From positions 64,001-128,000 of the IMG/VR virus record IMGVR_UViG_3300028886_000036: a stretch of 64,000 nucleotides of DNA; one strand, written 5' to 3'. Within the stretch, counting starts at the first letter, position 1, and every line of letters begins with the position of its first letter. Source of the stretch: a virus. Its lineage: Duplodnaviria; Caudoviricetes. The notes below the pieces were generated by a model that had not been told where the DNA came from, searched no databases, and was given only the letters and a program-made list of their open reading frames with translations. The translations under genes and the position numbers were made by a program. Positions 1-9,498 of the stretch are shown piece after piece.

Positions 1-174
1 AAATATGAAGCAGAATCTAAAAGTAGAGGTAACACAAGCACAATATTTTATAATACTATTACAAGTCAAACAAGCTATATTACCAAATTACTTGAGAAAT
101 ATCATGGAAATGATGAAGCTAAGCGCACAGCCGTAAATAATACTAGAAAAGGCATGATAGAGGCTAAACATTAA
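1..174 (+). CDS. 3' end of a hypothetical protein (truncated by window start)
   Basis: Frame 1 is open from base 1 to TAA at 172-174, followed by an SD-like sequence and the ATG at 194. Confidence 0.6.
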   Translation, partial: KYEAESKSRGNTSTIFYNTITSQTSYITKLLEKYHGNDEAKRTAVNNTRKGMIEAKH

Positions 175-193
175 AGAAAGGATGTGTTAAAAT

Positions 194-3100
194 ATGGCTA
201 ATCCTGTTAAAGATGTTAACTCAGATAAAGAAGCTCGGATAAGCAAAATAAATGAAGAGCTATCTAACTTAAAGCATGAAATAGATACTAAATATGTTCC
301 TGCAGCAGAAAATTTAGGCACTGTATTGTCTGATTATGAAGCTTTTAAAACAGCTCAAAATAAATTTACCGAATTACAAAGTAGAGGAGTTTCATTTTAT
401 TCCGAAGAATGGAAAGAAAATGTAAGAAAAAGAGATGCAGCTTTATTAAGATTGAAACAAATTGGTAAAGATTATAGTGATAATCCCACTGTAAATTCTC
501 CATTGTATAACCAAATGATTAAAGATATGAACAGTGTTTCAGAAAACAAAAAAGTTGCTGACGCTACTTTAGCAACTGCTATGAACCGACAAGCAGAATT
601 AGAACAAGAAAAACAAAGTCTAGAGAAAGAGATTAATCCTCCGCAAGGTGAACAAGGGAATCCTCAGCCTAATCCATCTGACAATCCTCCGCAGGCTGAA
701 CAAGGAACTCCTTCGGCTAATCCAACTGACGATACTCAATCCGATACAGACAAAACAGTTTCAAATAGTGATAGAGAAAATTTAATTAATTCCGCTGCTT
801 CTCAATCTAGAAATTCGTTATTATCTCTAGCATCTGACTCATCTCTTGGTATAGACATAAACTCTATTGAGCCTCCGATGTTAGCAAATCAAGCTACCGA
901 TAAAGAAAAACTAGATAAAATGTTAGCTGAGAATGAAAAATCTGATGGGAAAAAAATATATTATGCTAAAGATATTTCTCCGGAAAAGGACGGCTCAGCT
1001 ATATCTGTTGTAAGAATAGATAAGGATAAGGAGAAAGATCATGAAAAGACAGAGCAAGCACTAAAAACTCAAGGTTATGAAAAACTTGAAAATAAAGATG
1101 GTAATATAAGCACTAAGTTTGTAGAAAAATATGAAGCTAATAAAGAAACTCAGGGAGTAAGTAAAGCCACTTCGGAAGAAGATTCTGCCCAAGATGCTGG
1201 ACAAAATGAAAAACCTGGAGGAGAAACGGCCACAACAGAATTAAGTTATAATGATAAGAAGAAAAAACTTGAGGATGAAGGTATTAAAGAATATAATAAA
1301 GATGCAAAGCTTACTATTGCTGGTCATAATGTTCCATATGTTAAAGTTAACGGTAGTAATAAGATCAGATTTCCTAAATATGATAAAGTGATGGGTTTAC
1401 CTCCTTTAAGAATTTTTACAAATGATCCAAAAAAACCATCTTCTAATATAGGCAATAATACATCGGATTTATTTGATGTTAATATTGATGCTAGCGATAG
1501 TAAAGATATTAAATTGGCTAAAGAATACTTTTTATATAATGTTGATGAAATGCTAGTAAATTCTTTCCCTATATTAACTATTCGACCGTTAGACTGTGAA
1601 AATTTGATGGGTACAAATGGAAATATTACTAAAGATAAAAAAACTCATGATGATATGAAACGAGATAGGAGATATAATATAGTTGATAATATTGTATATA
1701 AATTTGCAGTAACTACTACAAATAGTATTAATTATTCTCACCAAAATAATTTTGCTCAAAGTTCAACTGAAAGTAGTGGATTGGTGAGTAGTTTAAACGG
1801 TATGGGGAAATTCACTAGCGATTTAGTTGGTATAGGCCAAAATACTGCAGGGTTTGGTCATAATAATTTGATTAAGGATTTAACTAGTATGGGTTTAAAT
1901 TTAGGAGGAGATATTGACGAGGCAGTACGGCAATTTATAGCAGCTGGTGAAGAAGGGTCTAAAGGATTAGGTGCAGTAGGTAGCAAAATGGGCAAAACAG
2001 TAGCAGATATAGCTAATTTAGTAACATCTGTAGTAGGTGGAGGTAGAATAGACTTTCCTGATGTTTGGCAGGATTCTCAAACAAGTTTTCAGCAATCATT
2101 TACTATAGAATTAAGATCTCTTAATCCGGATCCAACTAGTGATCAATATTTTTATGATATAATATTACCCCTATATATTTTATTAACTATATCCTTACCA
2201 ACTGAAGGTAATGTATTTTCTTATAAAACTCCTCCTCTTATTACATGTAGTTTAGATGATTCTTTTATGGAGATCTTGTTAGGAGCAGTTACACAGATTA
2301 ACTGGTCATTTGATACTAAAGAGATTAACTTCAAAAAAGTTCCTTGGCATTGCCAAGTTAACATTACTATTAGGGATTTGTATTCAGTAATGAGCCAAGC
2401 GACATATACTACTAAAAATGAGAAATATGTCAAAGATAGTAATAGAGAAATCATGACCAAGGAAAAGTATTTTGAAAATTTTATTAGAACTAAAGACAAA
2501 AAGATACCTAATGAAAAATACTATCTTACTGAATTTGCAAAGATTCCAGCATATATGAATGCTCTTGAGCAAAGGATGAATAAGGAACAAAAAGTTGCTG
2601 ATGAAGAAAAGATGAAAAATTCTGTAAATGGTGGAGATAAAAGTTCGTCTCAACAACCTGAAGGGAACGTGTCTGGAAACAGCGGAGAAACTGGGAAAGA
2701 TACCAGTAATGCCCCAAAAAAAGAAGAAATCAAAACCGATCCTAAAACCGGTAAGAAAACTTTAATATCTTCAATAGGAGGATTTGTTACTGGAATTACT
2801 AAAGGAATAAGGAATGTAGTAGCTAGTGTTAATAAAGTTATCACACCTGTTAGACAGATAATAAATACTGGAGCCACTGTTCTTAATGCAGCAAATAACG
2901 TTAAATGCGCTATTAAATGTGTAGGTCAAACTGCTAATTTACCTGGGTTACTTAATGGATCTTTTGCTGCATCAGTAGGATTAGCTTTTGAAAATTTAGG
3001 TAAAGCTGGAAATGTATTAAATGGATTATCTGGCGGAGTATTAGGCTCCGTTACAAAGTCTGTAGGCGGTATTTGTACTACTCTATCTGAACTTGGGAGA

Positions 3101-3859
3101 TCTGCATTAGTACTAGATTTGCCTGAATATGTTTCTAAAGATGGCAAGACAATTCAATTAAATGATCCATTTAAAGTTGCATCATCAACAATGAGAGCTA
3201 CTGGATTAATGGTAAGCAATATTTTAAATACTGTTCAGGGTGCTAAAATGATTGGTAATATAACTAAATCATCTGACCCATTAGCTACTTTAACAACTTA
3301 TGTAAATGCCGCTAATAAAATAGTAGGCGAAGTTGATTTTACAGATAGATTGCTTAATGTTGCTAAAGGATCTGCTATAGAAACTGGTCAGTATACTGCT
3401 GGTCAATTAGCCTCTAATGCAACTATACAAGAAAGATTTAGGCATGTTGCCAATACAGTTTCTGGTCAAGCAGCTAGTGTAGCATCTACTATGTTTAATA
3501 CTACACTGGCAGAATATATGATGCAACAACAATGGTTTAATACATATTTCCAATCTACTAATAATAATGCTGATCCAAGTAATCCTGTTAATATTAAAGA
3601 CTTTAAGTATAAGGATGAAATAAAAGCTGCTATTGATTATGCAAATGGTAAAACAGATTCTGTAATAACTCCAGAGGTTAGTTGGAATGCAGTTAAAGAT
3701 GCTGTAATGGATAATATAGATGGATCAATACAAGACTTTAGTAAAGGTGTAAAAGAATTTGCTAATACTACTGGAGATATACTAATTAAATCTGGCTTCT
3801 CTGGAGTAGTTAACACTGCTGGAACACCATTTGATGTTATATTCATGGAAAACAAATAA
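194..3859 (+). CDS. Large hypothetical, probably virion/baseplate-associated protein
   Basis: 1221 aa ORF with N-terminal coiled coil, low-complexity linkers and a central globular segment (RIDFPDVWQDS..SFTIEL..YKTPPLITC) loosely reminiscent of tail-tube-fold baseplate proteins; function inferred from context. Confidence 0.55.
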   Translation: MANPVKDVNSDKEARISKINEELSNLKHEIDTKYVPAAENLGTVLSDYEAFKTAQNKFTELQSRGVSFYSEEWKENVRKRDAALLRLKQIGKDYSDNPTVNSPLYNQMIKDMNSVSENKKVADATLATAMNRQAELEQEKQSLEKEINPPQGEQGNPQPNPSDNPPQAEQGTPSANPTDDTQSDTDKTVSNSDRENLINSAASQSRNSLLSLASDSSLGIDINSIEPPMLANQATDKEKLDKMLAENEKSDGKKIYYAKDISPEKDGSAISVVRIDKDKEKDHEKTEQALKTQGYEKLENKDGNISTKFVEKYEANKETQGVSKATSEEDSAQDAGQNEKPGGETATTELSYNDKKKKLEDEGIKEYNKDAKLTIAGHNVPYVKVNGSNKIRFPKYDKVMGLPPLRIFTNDPKKPSSNIGNNTSDLFDVNIDASDSKDIKLAKEYFLYNVDEMLVNSFPILTIRPLDCENLMGTNGNITKDKKTHDDMKRDRRYNIVDNIVYKFAVTTTNSINYSHQNNFAQSSTESSGLVSSLNGMGKFTSDLVGIGQNTAGFGHNNLIKDLTSMGLNLGGDIDEAVRQFIAAGEEGSKGLGAVGSKMGKTVADIANLVTSVVGGGRIDFPDVWQDSQTSFQQSFTIELRSLNPDPTSDQYFYDIILPLYILLTISLPTEGNVFSYKTPPLITCSLDDSFMEILLGAVTQINWSFDTKEINFKKVPWHCQVNITIRDLYSVMSQATYTTKNEKYVKDSNREIMTKEKYFENFIRTKDKKIPNEKYYLTEFAKIPAYMNALEQRMNKEQKVADEEKMKNSVNGGDKSSSQQPEGNVSGNSGETGKDTSNAPKKEEIKTDPKTGKKTLISSIGGFVTGITKGIRNVVASVNKVITPVRQIINTGATVLNAANNVKCAIKCVGQTANLPGLLNGSFAASVGLAFENLGKAGNVLNGLSGGVLGSVTKSVGGICTTLSELGRSALVLDLPEYVSKDGKTIQLNDPFKVASSTMRATGLMVSNILNTVQGAKMIGNITKSSDPLATLTTYVNAANKIVGEVDFTDRLLNVAKGSAIETGQYTAGQLASNATIQERFRHVANTVSGQAASVASTMFNTTLAEYMMQQQWFNTYFQSTNNNADPSNPVNIKDFKYKDEIKAAIDYANGKTDSVITPEVSWNAVKDAVMDNIDGSIQDFSKGVKEFANTTGDILIKSGFSGVVNTAGTPFDVIFMENK

Positions 3860-3888
3860 AGACTAGGAGAAATCCTAGTCTTTTTTTA
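3859..3888 (+). terminator. Rho-independent terminator
   Basis: AAGACTAGGA-GAAA-TCCTAGTCTT hairpin followed by a T-run. Confidence 0.9.
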
Positions 3889-3942
3889 TATGTACTAAAA
3901 TTAGTTTGAAAGTATTTTTGTTAAAACTGACCCAAAAAATTC

Positions 3943-3960
3943 TGAACAAAGATTGAGGGA
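3943..3960 (+). promoter_or_regulatory. Candidate phage late-promoter motif (variant TGAACAAAGATTGAGGGA)
   Basis: Variant of the TGAACAAATA..GAGA motif; intergenic, downstream of a terminator. Confidence 0.5.
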
Positions 3961-4079
3961 AATTGTCAGAAAATTCTATACAATTTAGTTAAACTTCTTT
4001 TGATTATAAATCTATTTAACTGAGTGCGCATAAGTGAAATAGGTTTGTAATAAATATATAACAAAGGAGTTGTTGCTTT

Positions 4080-5433
4080 ATGGAGTATGCAAGTCGCGGA
4101 GTTGCAGGCACAGGGCTTGGTCTGGGTATTTAATAGATGCCCTTAAAACCTTTTCTACTTGACAAGTAGGGTAAAAGATTCTATAATCTCCTTAGTACTT
4201 AAGAAAGGAGACTTTACGTGTGAATTTACAAGAAGAATTTAGACCTATTGAAGGCTATGAAGGTTTGTATGAAATAGGATCGTTTGGAACTGTAGTTTCT
4301 TTAAGAAGATACGGAATTCCTGGGAGATATATTTTAAAAAAAGTTAAGACTAAATCTGGTTATGTAAGAGTGAAATTATGTAGATCTGGCAAATGTAAAA
4401 GTGTTGAAATTCATAGGCTTGTTGCAAAGGCATTTATCCCTAACCCTAATGGGTTTAATCAAGTTAATCATAAGGATGGGGATAAGATAAATAATCGAAT
4501 GGATAATTTAGAATGGTGTACAGGTCAACAGAATTCAAAGCATGCGTATGATAATAACTTAGGTGGAACAAAAAACCGGACGTTGTTACAATTAGGTAAT
4601 ATGAATAAATATAAAATGTATCTATTAGTTATATTGATAAATGATCTTGGAAGTCTATACATATTTAAGTCGATTAAAGAAGCTTCAAGGTTTATAAACA
4701 AGTCTAGAACGGCACTTATAGATAGTATACTGAATAAGTATAACTTGCGCGGATATAAAATTTATGGGTATAAACGTAAAGATTTAGAACAGTTTGCTAA
4801 CGGGGAACCCTTACCAGAAGTGCTGAAGGGAATCCCGTGGGAAAGTTATCTTAATGATAACCAATCCTGTAACGACTATCCCTCAGAAGGGGAGTAGGGC
4901 TGATTTTGTCACAGTTCGAAATGGGTTTGCTTAACTAATGTTAAGTTAAGAGATAGTCTGAGCCACTAGAAATAGTGGATAACTCGATCGCTGGTACAGC
5001 GCTTGGCCTTCTTGATATGGCTGGTGGTTTAACTGGTCTTTTAGGTAATAGGAATTCTGATCCTGGCGATAAACCCGTCACTAGATATGAGATGGGTCTT
5101 TTCCAGCAGATCAATGATAAGAATATTGAGATTAGTGAACTTAAGAGTAACAGATATACTGATGCGGTTGCTAGTGGTTTACAGCAGCAGATTAGTGGTC
5201 AGTTAGCTTGGAATGCTACACAGAACGCTACTCTGGGTGCTCTTCAGGGTCAGATTGCTCAGTTACAGAGTATGACTAGAATTGTTGTTCCTAATGAGAA
5301 CGTTTCACCCGGGTGGGGTAGAACAGCTGTAATGCCTGTTTCTTCATTACCACCGTATTTTGTTCCTTATCCTACTCCTCCTATTCCTACATCTAGCACG
5401 CCAGAAGCTACTGGCACTACTACAGGCGGTTAA
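4080..5433 (+). CDS. Gly-rich phage protein split by a group I intron (exon1 4080-4127, exon2 4987-5433; 164 aa spliced)
   Basis: SD AAGGAG precedes ATG 4080; exon1 MEYASRGVAGTGLGLG joins in frame to IAGTALGLLDMAGG; the track ORF 4975..5433 is essentially exon2. Confidence 0.85.
4159..4187 (+). promoter_or_regulatory. sigma70/sigmaA consensus promoter inside the intron, upstream of the HNH gene
   Basis: TTGACA-17 nt-TATAAT, perfect consensus. Confidence 0.8.
4220..4897 (+). CDS. NUMOD4-HNH homing endonuclease (intron-encoded)
   Basis: EEFRPIEGYEGLYEIGSFG (NUMOD4) and HRLVAKAFIPNP..VNHKDGDKINNRMDNLEW (HNH); SD AAGGAG; its 3' end overlaps the intron core. Confidence 0.92.
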   Translation: MNLQEEFRPIEGYEGLYEIGSFGTVVSLRRYGIPGRYILKKVKTKSGYVRVKLCRSGKCKSVEIHRLVAKAFIPNPNGFNQVNHKDGDKINNRMDNLEWCTGQQNSKHAYDNNLGGTKNRTLLQLGNMNKYKMYLLVILINDLGSLYIFKSIKEASRFINKSRTALIDSILNKYNLRGYKIYGYKRKDLEQFANGEPLPEVLKGIPWESYLNDNQSCNDYPSEGE

Positions 5434-5449
5434 TAACATATTGTAAAGA

Positions 5450-5492
5450 GAGGAGATTGTCCTTCTTATTAATTAGGGAGGATGATCTCCTC
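5450..5492 (+). other. Long intergenic stem-loop without a U-tract
   Basis: GAGGAGATTGTCCTTCT ... AGGGAGGATGATCTCCTC imperfect inverted repeat. Confidence 0.55.
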
Positions 5493-5521
5493 CCACCTAT
5501 ATCTAATAGAGGTGATATATT

Positions 5522-5890
5522 ATGTTAACCAAGAATCAAATAGTTAATGGTCTTACCAAATATATAGAAACTGAAGTGATATCTAAAATAGAAGATAAAG
5601 CTTTACAAATTATATTAGCTATAGGAGTTACTGCATTGAATAGGAATCATGATTTGATTAATGCTGTTTTAGATAATCAGTTTATATCATATTTAGTTAA
5701 AAAGAATGAAGAGGATAAATATGATTTAGATGAGTTATTTGATATAATAGATGATACATTAAAGACCTATGGTAAGTTACCAATAACTATTCCAGCAATC
5801 AAGTTTATTTCACCTACTGAAAAGACATTAAGATTCTCTACAGAAGATGTTAATAGACTTAGATCTTTAATGGAGCAAGGAGGGATGTAA
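5522..5890 (+). CDS. Hypothetical phage protein
   Basis: 122 aa ORF with SD GAGGTG. Confidence 0.75.
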   Translation: MLTKNQIVNGLTKYIETEVISKIEDKALQIILAIGVTALNRNHDLINAVLDNQFISYLVKKNEEDKYDLDELFDIIDDTLKTYGKLPITIPAIKFISPTEKTLRFSTEDVNRLRSLMEQGGM

Positions 5891-5893
5891 AAT

Positions 5894-6265
5894 ATGGCGG
5901 ACAATATTAAAGTTCTTAAAGCAAACGGTTCCAACGGCAGTTCGTTATTGGATGCTTTATCTAATATGGAGAATATTGGAATGGATCATGAAGAGGGACA
6001 TATAGATGATAATCATAAGGAAGAGCATAGCTTTATTGATATAGTTAAGCAAAGAGCTGTTGAAGAATATGATGATGTAGTTACTTATATGGAGTTAGCT
6101 GAGATGACTGAAGAGAAAGAGTTTTGTAAGTTACTTAAAGATATAGCTCATGATGAATGGACACACGGAATGGTTTTAGAGCATATTATAATGCATTCTA
6201 AAGAAATGCCGAAAGATATTAAGGATGCTAAAGCTAATGCTGAAGAGGTTATGAATAAAAAGTAA
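5894..6265 (+). CDS. Ferritin-like/rubrerythrin-type helical protein
   Basis: RAVEEYDDVVTY..LLKDIAHDEWTHGMVL, an E..ExxH half di-iron motif; His-rich N-terminus. Confidence 0.6.
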   Translation: MADNIKVLKANGSNGSSLLDALSNMENIGMDHEEGHIDDNHKEEHSFIDIVKQRAVEEYDDVVTYMELAEMTEEKEFCKLLKDIAHDEWTHGMVLEHIIMHSKEMPKDIKDAKANAEEVMNKK

Positions 6266-6278
6266 TATTGTTTAAAAC

Positions 6279-6321
6279 ACAAGAAGTCTAGGGGATATAC
6301 TCCTAGGCTTCTTGTTTATTT
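6279..6321 (+). terminator. Rho-independent terminator
   Basis: ACAAGAAGTCTAGGGG..CTCCTAGGCTTCTTGT hairpin with T-rich tail. Confidence 0.8.
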
Positions 6322-6323
6322 CT

Positions 6324-6340
6324 TGAACAAATAAGGAGAA
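6324..6340 (+). promoter_or_regulatory. Candidate phage late-promoter motif TGAACAAATAAGGAGAA
   Basis: Copy of the recurring motif immediately after a terminator. Confidence 0.6.
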
Positions 6341-6375
6341 TATTTTTATAGTTTCAAGAAAGAAGGTGTGTTACT

Positions 6376-8310
6376 ATTGCATTATTAAGTAATATCCAGA
6401 TCACAAAAGATCCTAATAGAGTTGGTCAAAGATTAACAATAACTGGTTTGAATATTTATGAATTAAAAAGGGATATACGGGTATTCTTTGGTAGAAACAT
6501 ACCAAAAATAACTACATCGGGTATCTCAATGACATATCATATATTCAGTATTGTAGTTAGAGGAGTATTTTTTGGAACTACACAAATCAGTTTTGAAGAG
6601 TTTTTTGTTGTAGAAGTTAAAAAAGTATTTGAATGGTTATATGAAGCGTTTAAAAGATCTTCATATAAAGAAGTTATAAACTTATTAGCACAAAACCCTA
6701 GAATAATTGCTTTAGAAAAGCCGATGGAAGAAGTTCCAAGTGAAGCAGCTAATAAGTTAAATAACTTAGGTGTTGAGCTTAAAGATTACCAAAAAGAGTT
6801 TTTATATTACTATTGGAATGCTACTCATAAAGTTGGTTTGAATGGATTTATAATGGCTTTTGAACAAGGATTGGGTAAAACATTTACAGCTATTTCTGCA
6901 GTATATGCATTAGACCTTTTTCCATGTATAATTACTGCACCTAAAAGTACATTATTATCTTGGAAAAGAAGCATAGAAACATTATTACCAGAAAAGTTCT
7001 TAAGAGAAGATGTTATAAATATTGGTACTAATAAATTTACAATATGTAATTATGAAGCTCTAGAAAAAGTACCTATGTATTTAACATCAACGCCTAAGTG
7101 TATGATAGTTGATGAAATACAAAATTTTAGGTATATGAATACTGCTAGAGTGCAGAATGTAATTAATCTACAGGCTACATATAATATAGAAAACGTAATG
7201 GCTTTATCTGGAACACCTATTAAGGCTCTAGCATCAGAGTTTGTACCAGTAATGACTTTAATAGACCCAATGTTTAGAGATTCTACTATGGCACAAACTA
7301 TATTTAAGCACTTATATAATAGTGGCAAATATGATAATATAGCTTCAGCAGTTTTACAGGAAAGACTAAAACTGTATATGATTAGAAAAGAAGCTAGTAA
7401 AGAGTTAGATTTACCAGATAAGAAAAAATATGATATTACTTTAGAAGTATCTAATATAGAACCATATACACTTACTACAGTAATGAGAAATGTTCAAAAT
7501 TATGTTGCTACCGAACTTGAGAAAAGACCTAAAAATGAGGTAGTTAAGTTATATGAAAATATTGAAAGATTATTATCACAGCTACCTAGATCTGAAATGT
7601 TTAGAGATGACTATTTAAGCTATTATTTAAATATGGTTAAAAAGTTAGAGAAAATGGATGTAAGACATCCACAATATAAAGATCTGATGGAAAATGTTAG
7701 GAATTTTGAAAAAGAAGTTAAAGACTTTAATAGTGCGTTATATAAGGAATTAAGTTCTACTAGAAGAAACATTACATCATATAAGTTTATCTTACTTGGT
7801 AGAGCTTTGGGTGAGTATTTTGTTAGAGGTAAAATTAGATTACTTTGTGATGTAGTTAGAGAGAATTTGAAAAGTATTACAGATATAGTTAATAAAGCAC
7901 ATAAAAAAGTATTAATATTTAGTACTTTTAAAGAACCATTAATGCTTCTTAATCAAGAGCTAGATAAAGCTGGTATTAAAAGTTTGTATGTTGATTCAGC
8001 AGCTAGTTATAATAAAAATTTTGAAGCTTTTGAAAAAGATCCTAACACTAGAGTTATATTAGGTAGTATCCAAGCTATTGGTACTGGAACAGATGGTTTA
8101 CAGAAATGTTGTGATACAATTATCTTTTTAAATCGACCATTTAGAGGAACCGATTTACAACAAGCTGAAGCTAGAATACATAGACAAGGACAAGACAGTA
8201 CTTGTCATATTTATTATGTAAATGTTGATCCAAGACATCCTAATGTCTTATCTCACGAACAAAAGATCTTAGATTGGTCTAATGATATGAGAAAGATTGC
8301 TGGATTATAA
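6376..8310 (+). CDS. SNF2-family (SF2) helicase; probable ATT start at 6376 (track start 6448)
   Basis: EQGLGKT (motif I), IVDEIQ (II), LSGTP (III), QAEARIHRQGQ (VI); SD GAAGGTG 7 nt before an in-frame ATT. Confidence 0.85.
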   Translation: MALLSNIQITKDPNRVGQRLTITGLNIYELKRDIRVFFGRNIPKITTSGISMTYHIFSIVVRGVFFGTTQISFEEFFVVEVKKVFEWLYEAFKRSSYKEVINLLAQNPRIIALEKPMEEVPSEAANKLNNLGVELKDYQKEFLYYYWNATHKVGLNGFIMAFEQGLGKTFTAISAVYALDLFPCIITAPKSTLLSWKRSIETLLPEKFLREDVINIGTNKFTICNYEALEKVPMYLTSTPKCMIVDEIQNFRYMNTARVQNVINLQATYNIENVMALSGTPIKALASEFVPVMTLIDPMFRDSTMAQTIFKHLYNSGKYDNIASAVLQERLKLYMIRKEASKELDLPDKKKYDITLEVSNIEPYTLTTVMRNVQNYVATELEKRPKNEVVKLYENIERLLSQLPRSEMFRDDYLSYYLNMVKKLEKMDVRHPQYKDLMENVRNFEKEVKDFNSALYKELSSTRRNITSYKFILLGRALGEYFVRGKIRLLCDVVRENLKSITDIVNKAHKKVLIFSTFKEPLMLLNQELDKAGIKSLYVDSAASYNKNFEAFEKDPNTRVILGSIQAIGTGTDGLQKCCDTIIFLNRPFRGTDLQQAEARIHRQGQDSTCHIYYVNVDPRHPNVLSHEQKILDWSNDMRKIAGL

Positions 8311-8337
8311 TCTTATATATAAAGGAGATGGTAAATT

Positions 8338-9477
8338 ATGTCAGTTGCTTTTCCTTTACAGAATGAACAAGGAGAAAGTTTAGTTACTAAAAAAGATAAC
8401 GCTAAAACTAGAGTAAATTATGAAAGACATAATGATCAGATAGATACACTTGAAAGAAGAGATTTATTTTTATTAGATTTCTTAAGTAAGTTTGATGCTT
8501 TACCTATTGGTGCTATATTACCAACATCTATTCCTTATGCTGCTAATAAAATGCCAGATGGATGGGTATGGGCGGATGGTCATAAATATGGTAAAACTGA
8601 TAACACTGAAAACCCAAGACCAAATCTTTGGAATGCTATTAAAAACACTAATGCTGTTGCTACATTAGATGAGTTTGAAGCTTTCTGTGCAGCTAATGGT
8701 TATGTGTCACAATCCGGTGAACCTGATGGAATAGTTCCATTTGGTAAATATGTTGATATGGGTGAAAATAATGACTATTTCTGTGTTCCAACACTTAACG
8801 ATGTTTTCTTAATGAGTGTTACATCTAGAAATAGAAAGGGTAGATTGAGTGGTAATTATGAAAAAGACTCTATTGGTGAACACACTCACAATGTTTCAGC
8901 ATATCCAGTTAATGGTGCTAATTTAAATACTACTAAACCAATTGGAGTTGCCTTAACTGATCAGATCACTGAAAAATTTGATACAACTGTTGATCCTCAT
9001 TATAAAAAGGATCTTGCTCAGTATACATCTGAAAATAATAATAATGCTGGCACTGAAACTAAACCAAAATTAATTTCATATCAGTTTATGATTAAGGCTG
9101 ACTTTACTTCTTTTGATTTAGCTAATACAGTTGATACAGATTGTGCTTCAGTTGGTGGGTATAAGCCAAATATTACAGCTCCAGATAGTGACAATTTAGC
9201 TGAAAGAATTTTCCCAGTGCCTAATCCAGAAACTGGTAAAATAGGGTCAGATTGGTTTGATACGGAAGGTTTGGCATTACAAGTTTTAAATGCAGCTGAA
9301 GGTCAAATTAATAATATTATAAATGATACAGCGGTTCTTAAGTCTGATACATTAGAGAGTTGGGGAGATCCTAATAGTAATCCTCAAAATAAAGTTCCTA
9401 TTGCAGATAGTGAAGGTAAAATAGATTCGAGATATTTAAGAACTGTTACTACAGCTCAAATAGAGAGCTTATTCTAA
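8338..9477 (+). CDS. Tail-collar domain protein (short tail fibre-like)
   Basis: LPIGAILP..MPDGWVWADG..VPTLNDVFL..IGEHTH..ETKPKLISYQFMIKA. Confidence 0.75.
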   Translation: MSVAFPLQNEQGESLVTKKDNAKTRVNYERHNDQIDTLERRDLFLLDFLSKFDALPIGAILPTSIPYAANKMPDGWVWADGHKYGKTDNTENPRPNLWNAIKNTNAVATLDEFEAFCAANGYVSQSGEPDGIVPFGKYVDMGENNDYFCVPTLNDVFLMSVTSRNRKGRLSGNYEKDSIGEHTHNVSAYPVNGANLNTTKPIGVALTDQITEKFDTTVDPHYKKDLAQYTSENNNNAGTETKPKLISYQFMIKADFTSFDLANTVDTDCASVGGYKPNITAPDSDNLAERIFPVPNPETGKIGSDWFDTEGLALQVLNAAEGQINNIINDTAVLKSDTLESWGDPNSNPQNKVPIADSEGKIDSRYLRTVTTAQIESLF

Positions 9478-9498
9478 ACTATTGGTAGGTGATTAATT

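Larger units (their letters stand above)
4128..4986 (+). mobile_element. Group I self-splicing intron (IA-like) carrying an HNH endonuclease
   Basis: P1 GGGT|AT..ATGCCC with U.G at the 5' splice site; terminal G4986; P3 AAACC(4146)/GGTTT(4924); P4 CGGGGA/TCCCG; P7 GACTA(4874)/TAGTC(4954); P9 CCACTA-GAAA-TAGTGG. Confidence 0.9.

Noticed and set aside
4975-5433. Independent gene starting at GTG 4975
   Set aside because: The GTG lies in intron P9 with no SD; the ORF is exon 2 of the gene starting at 4080
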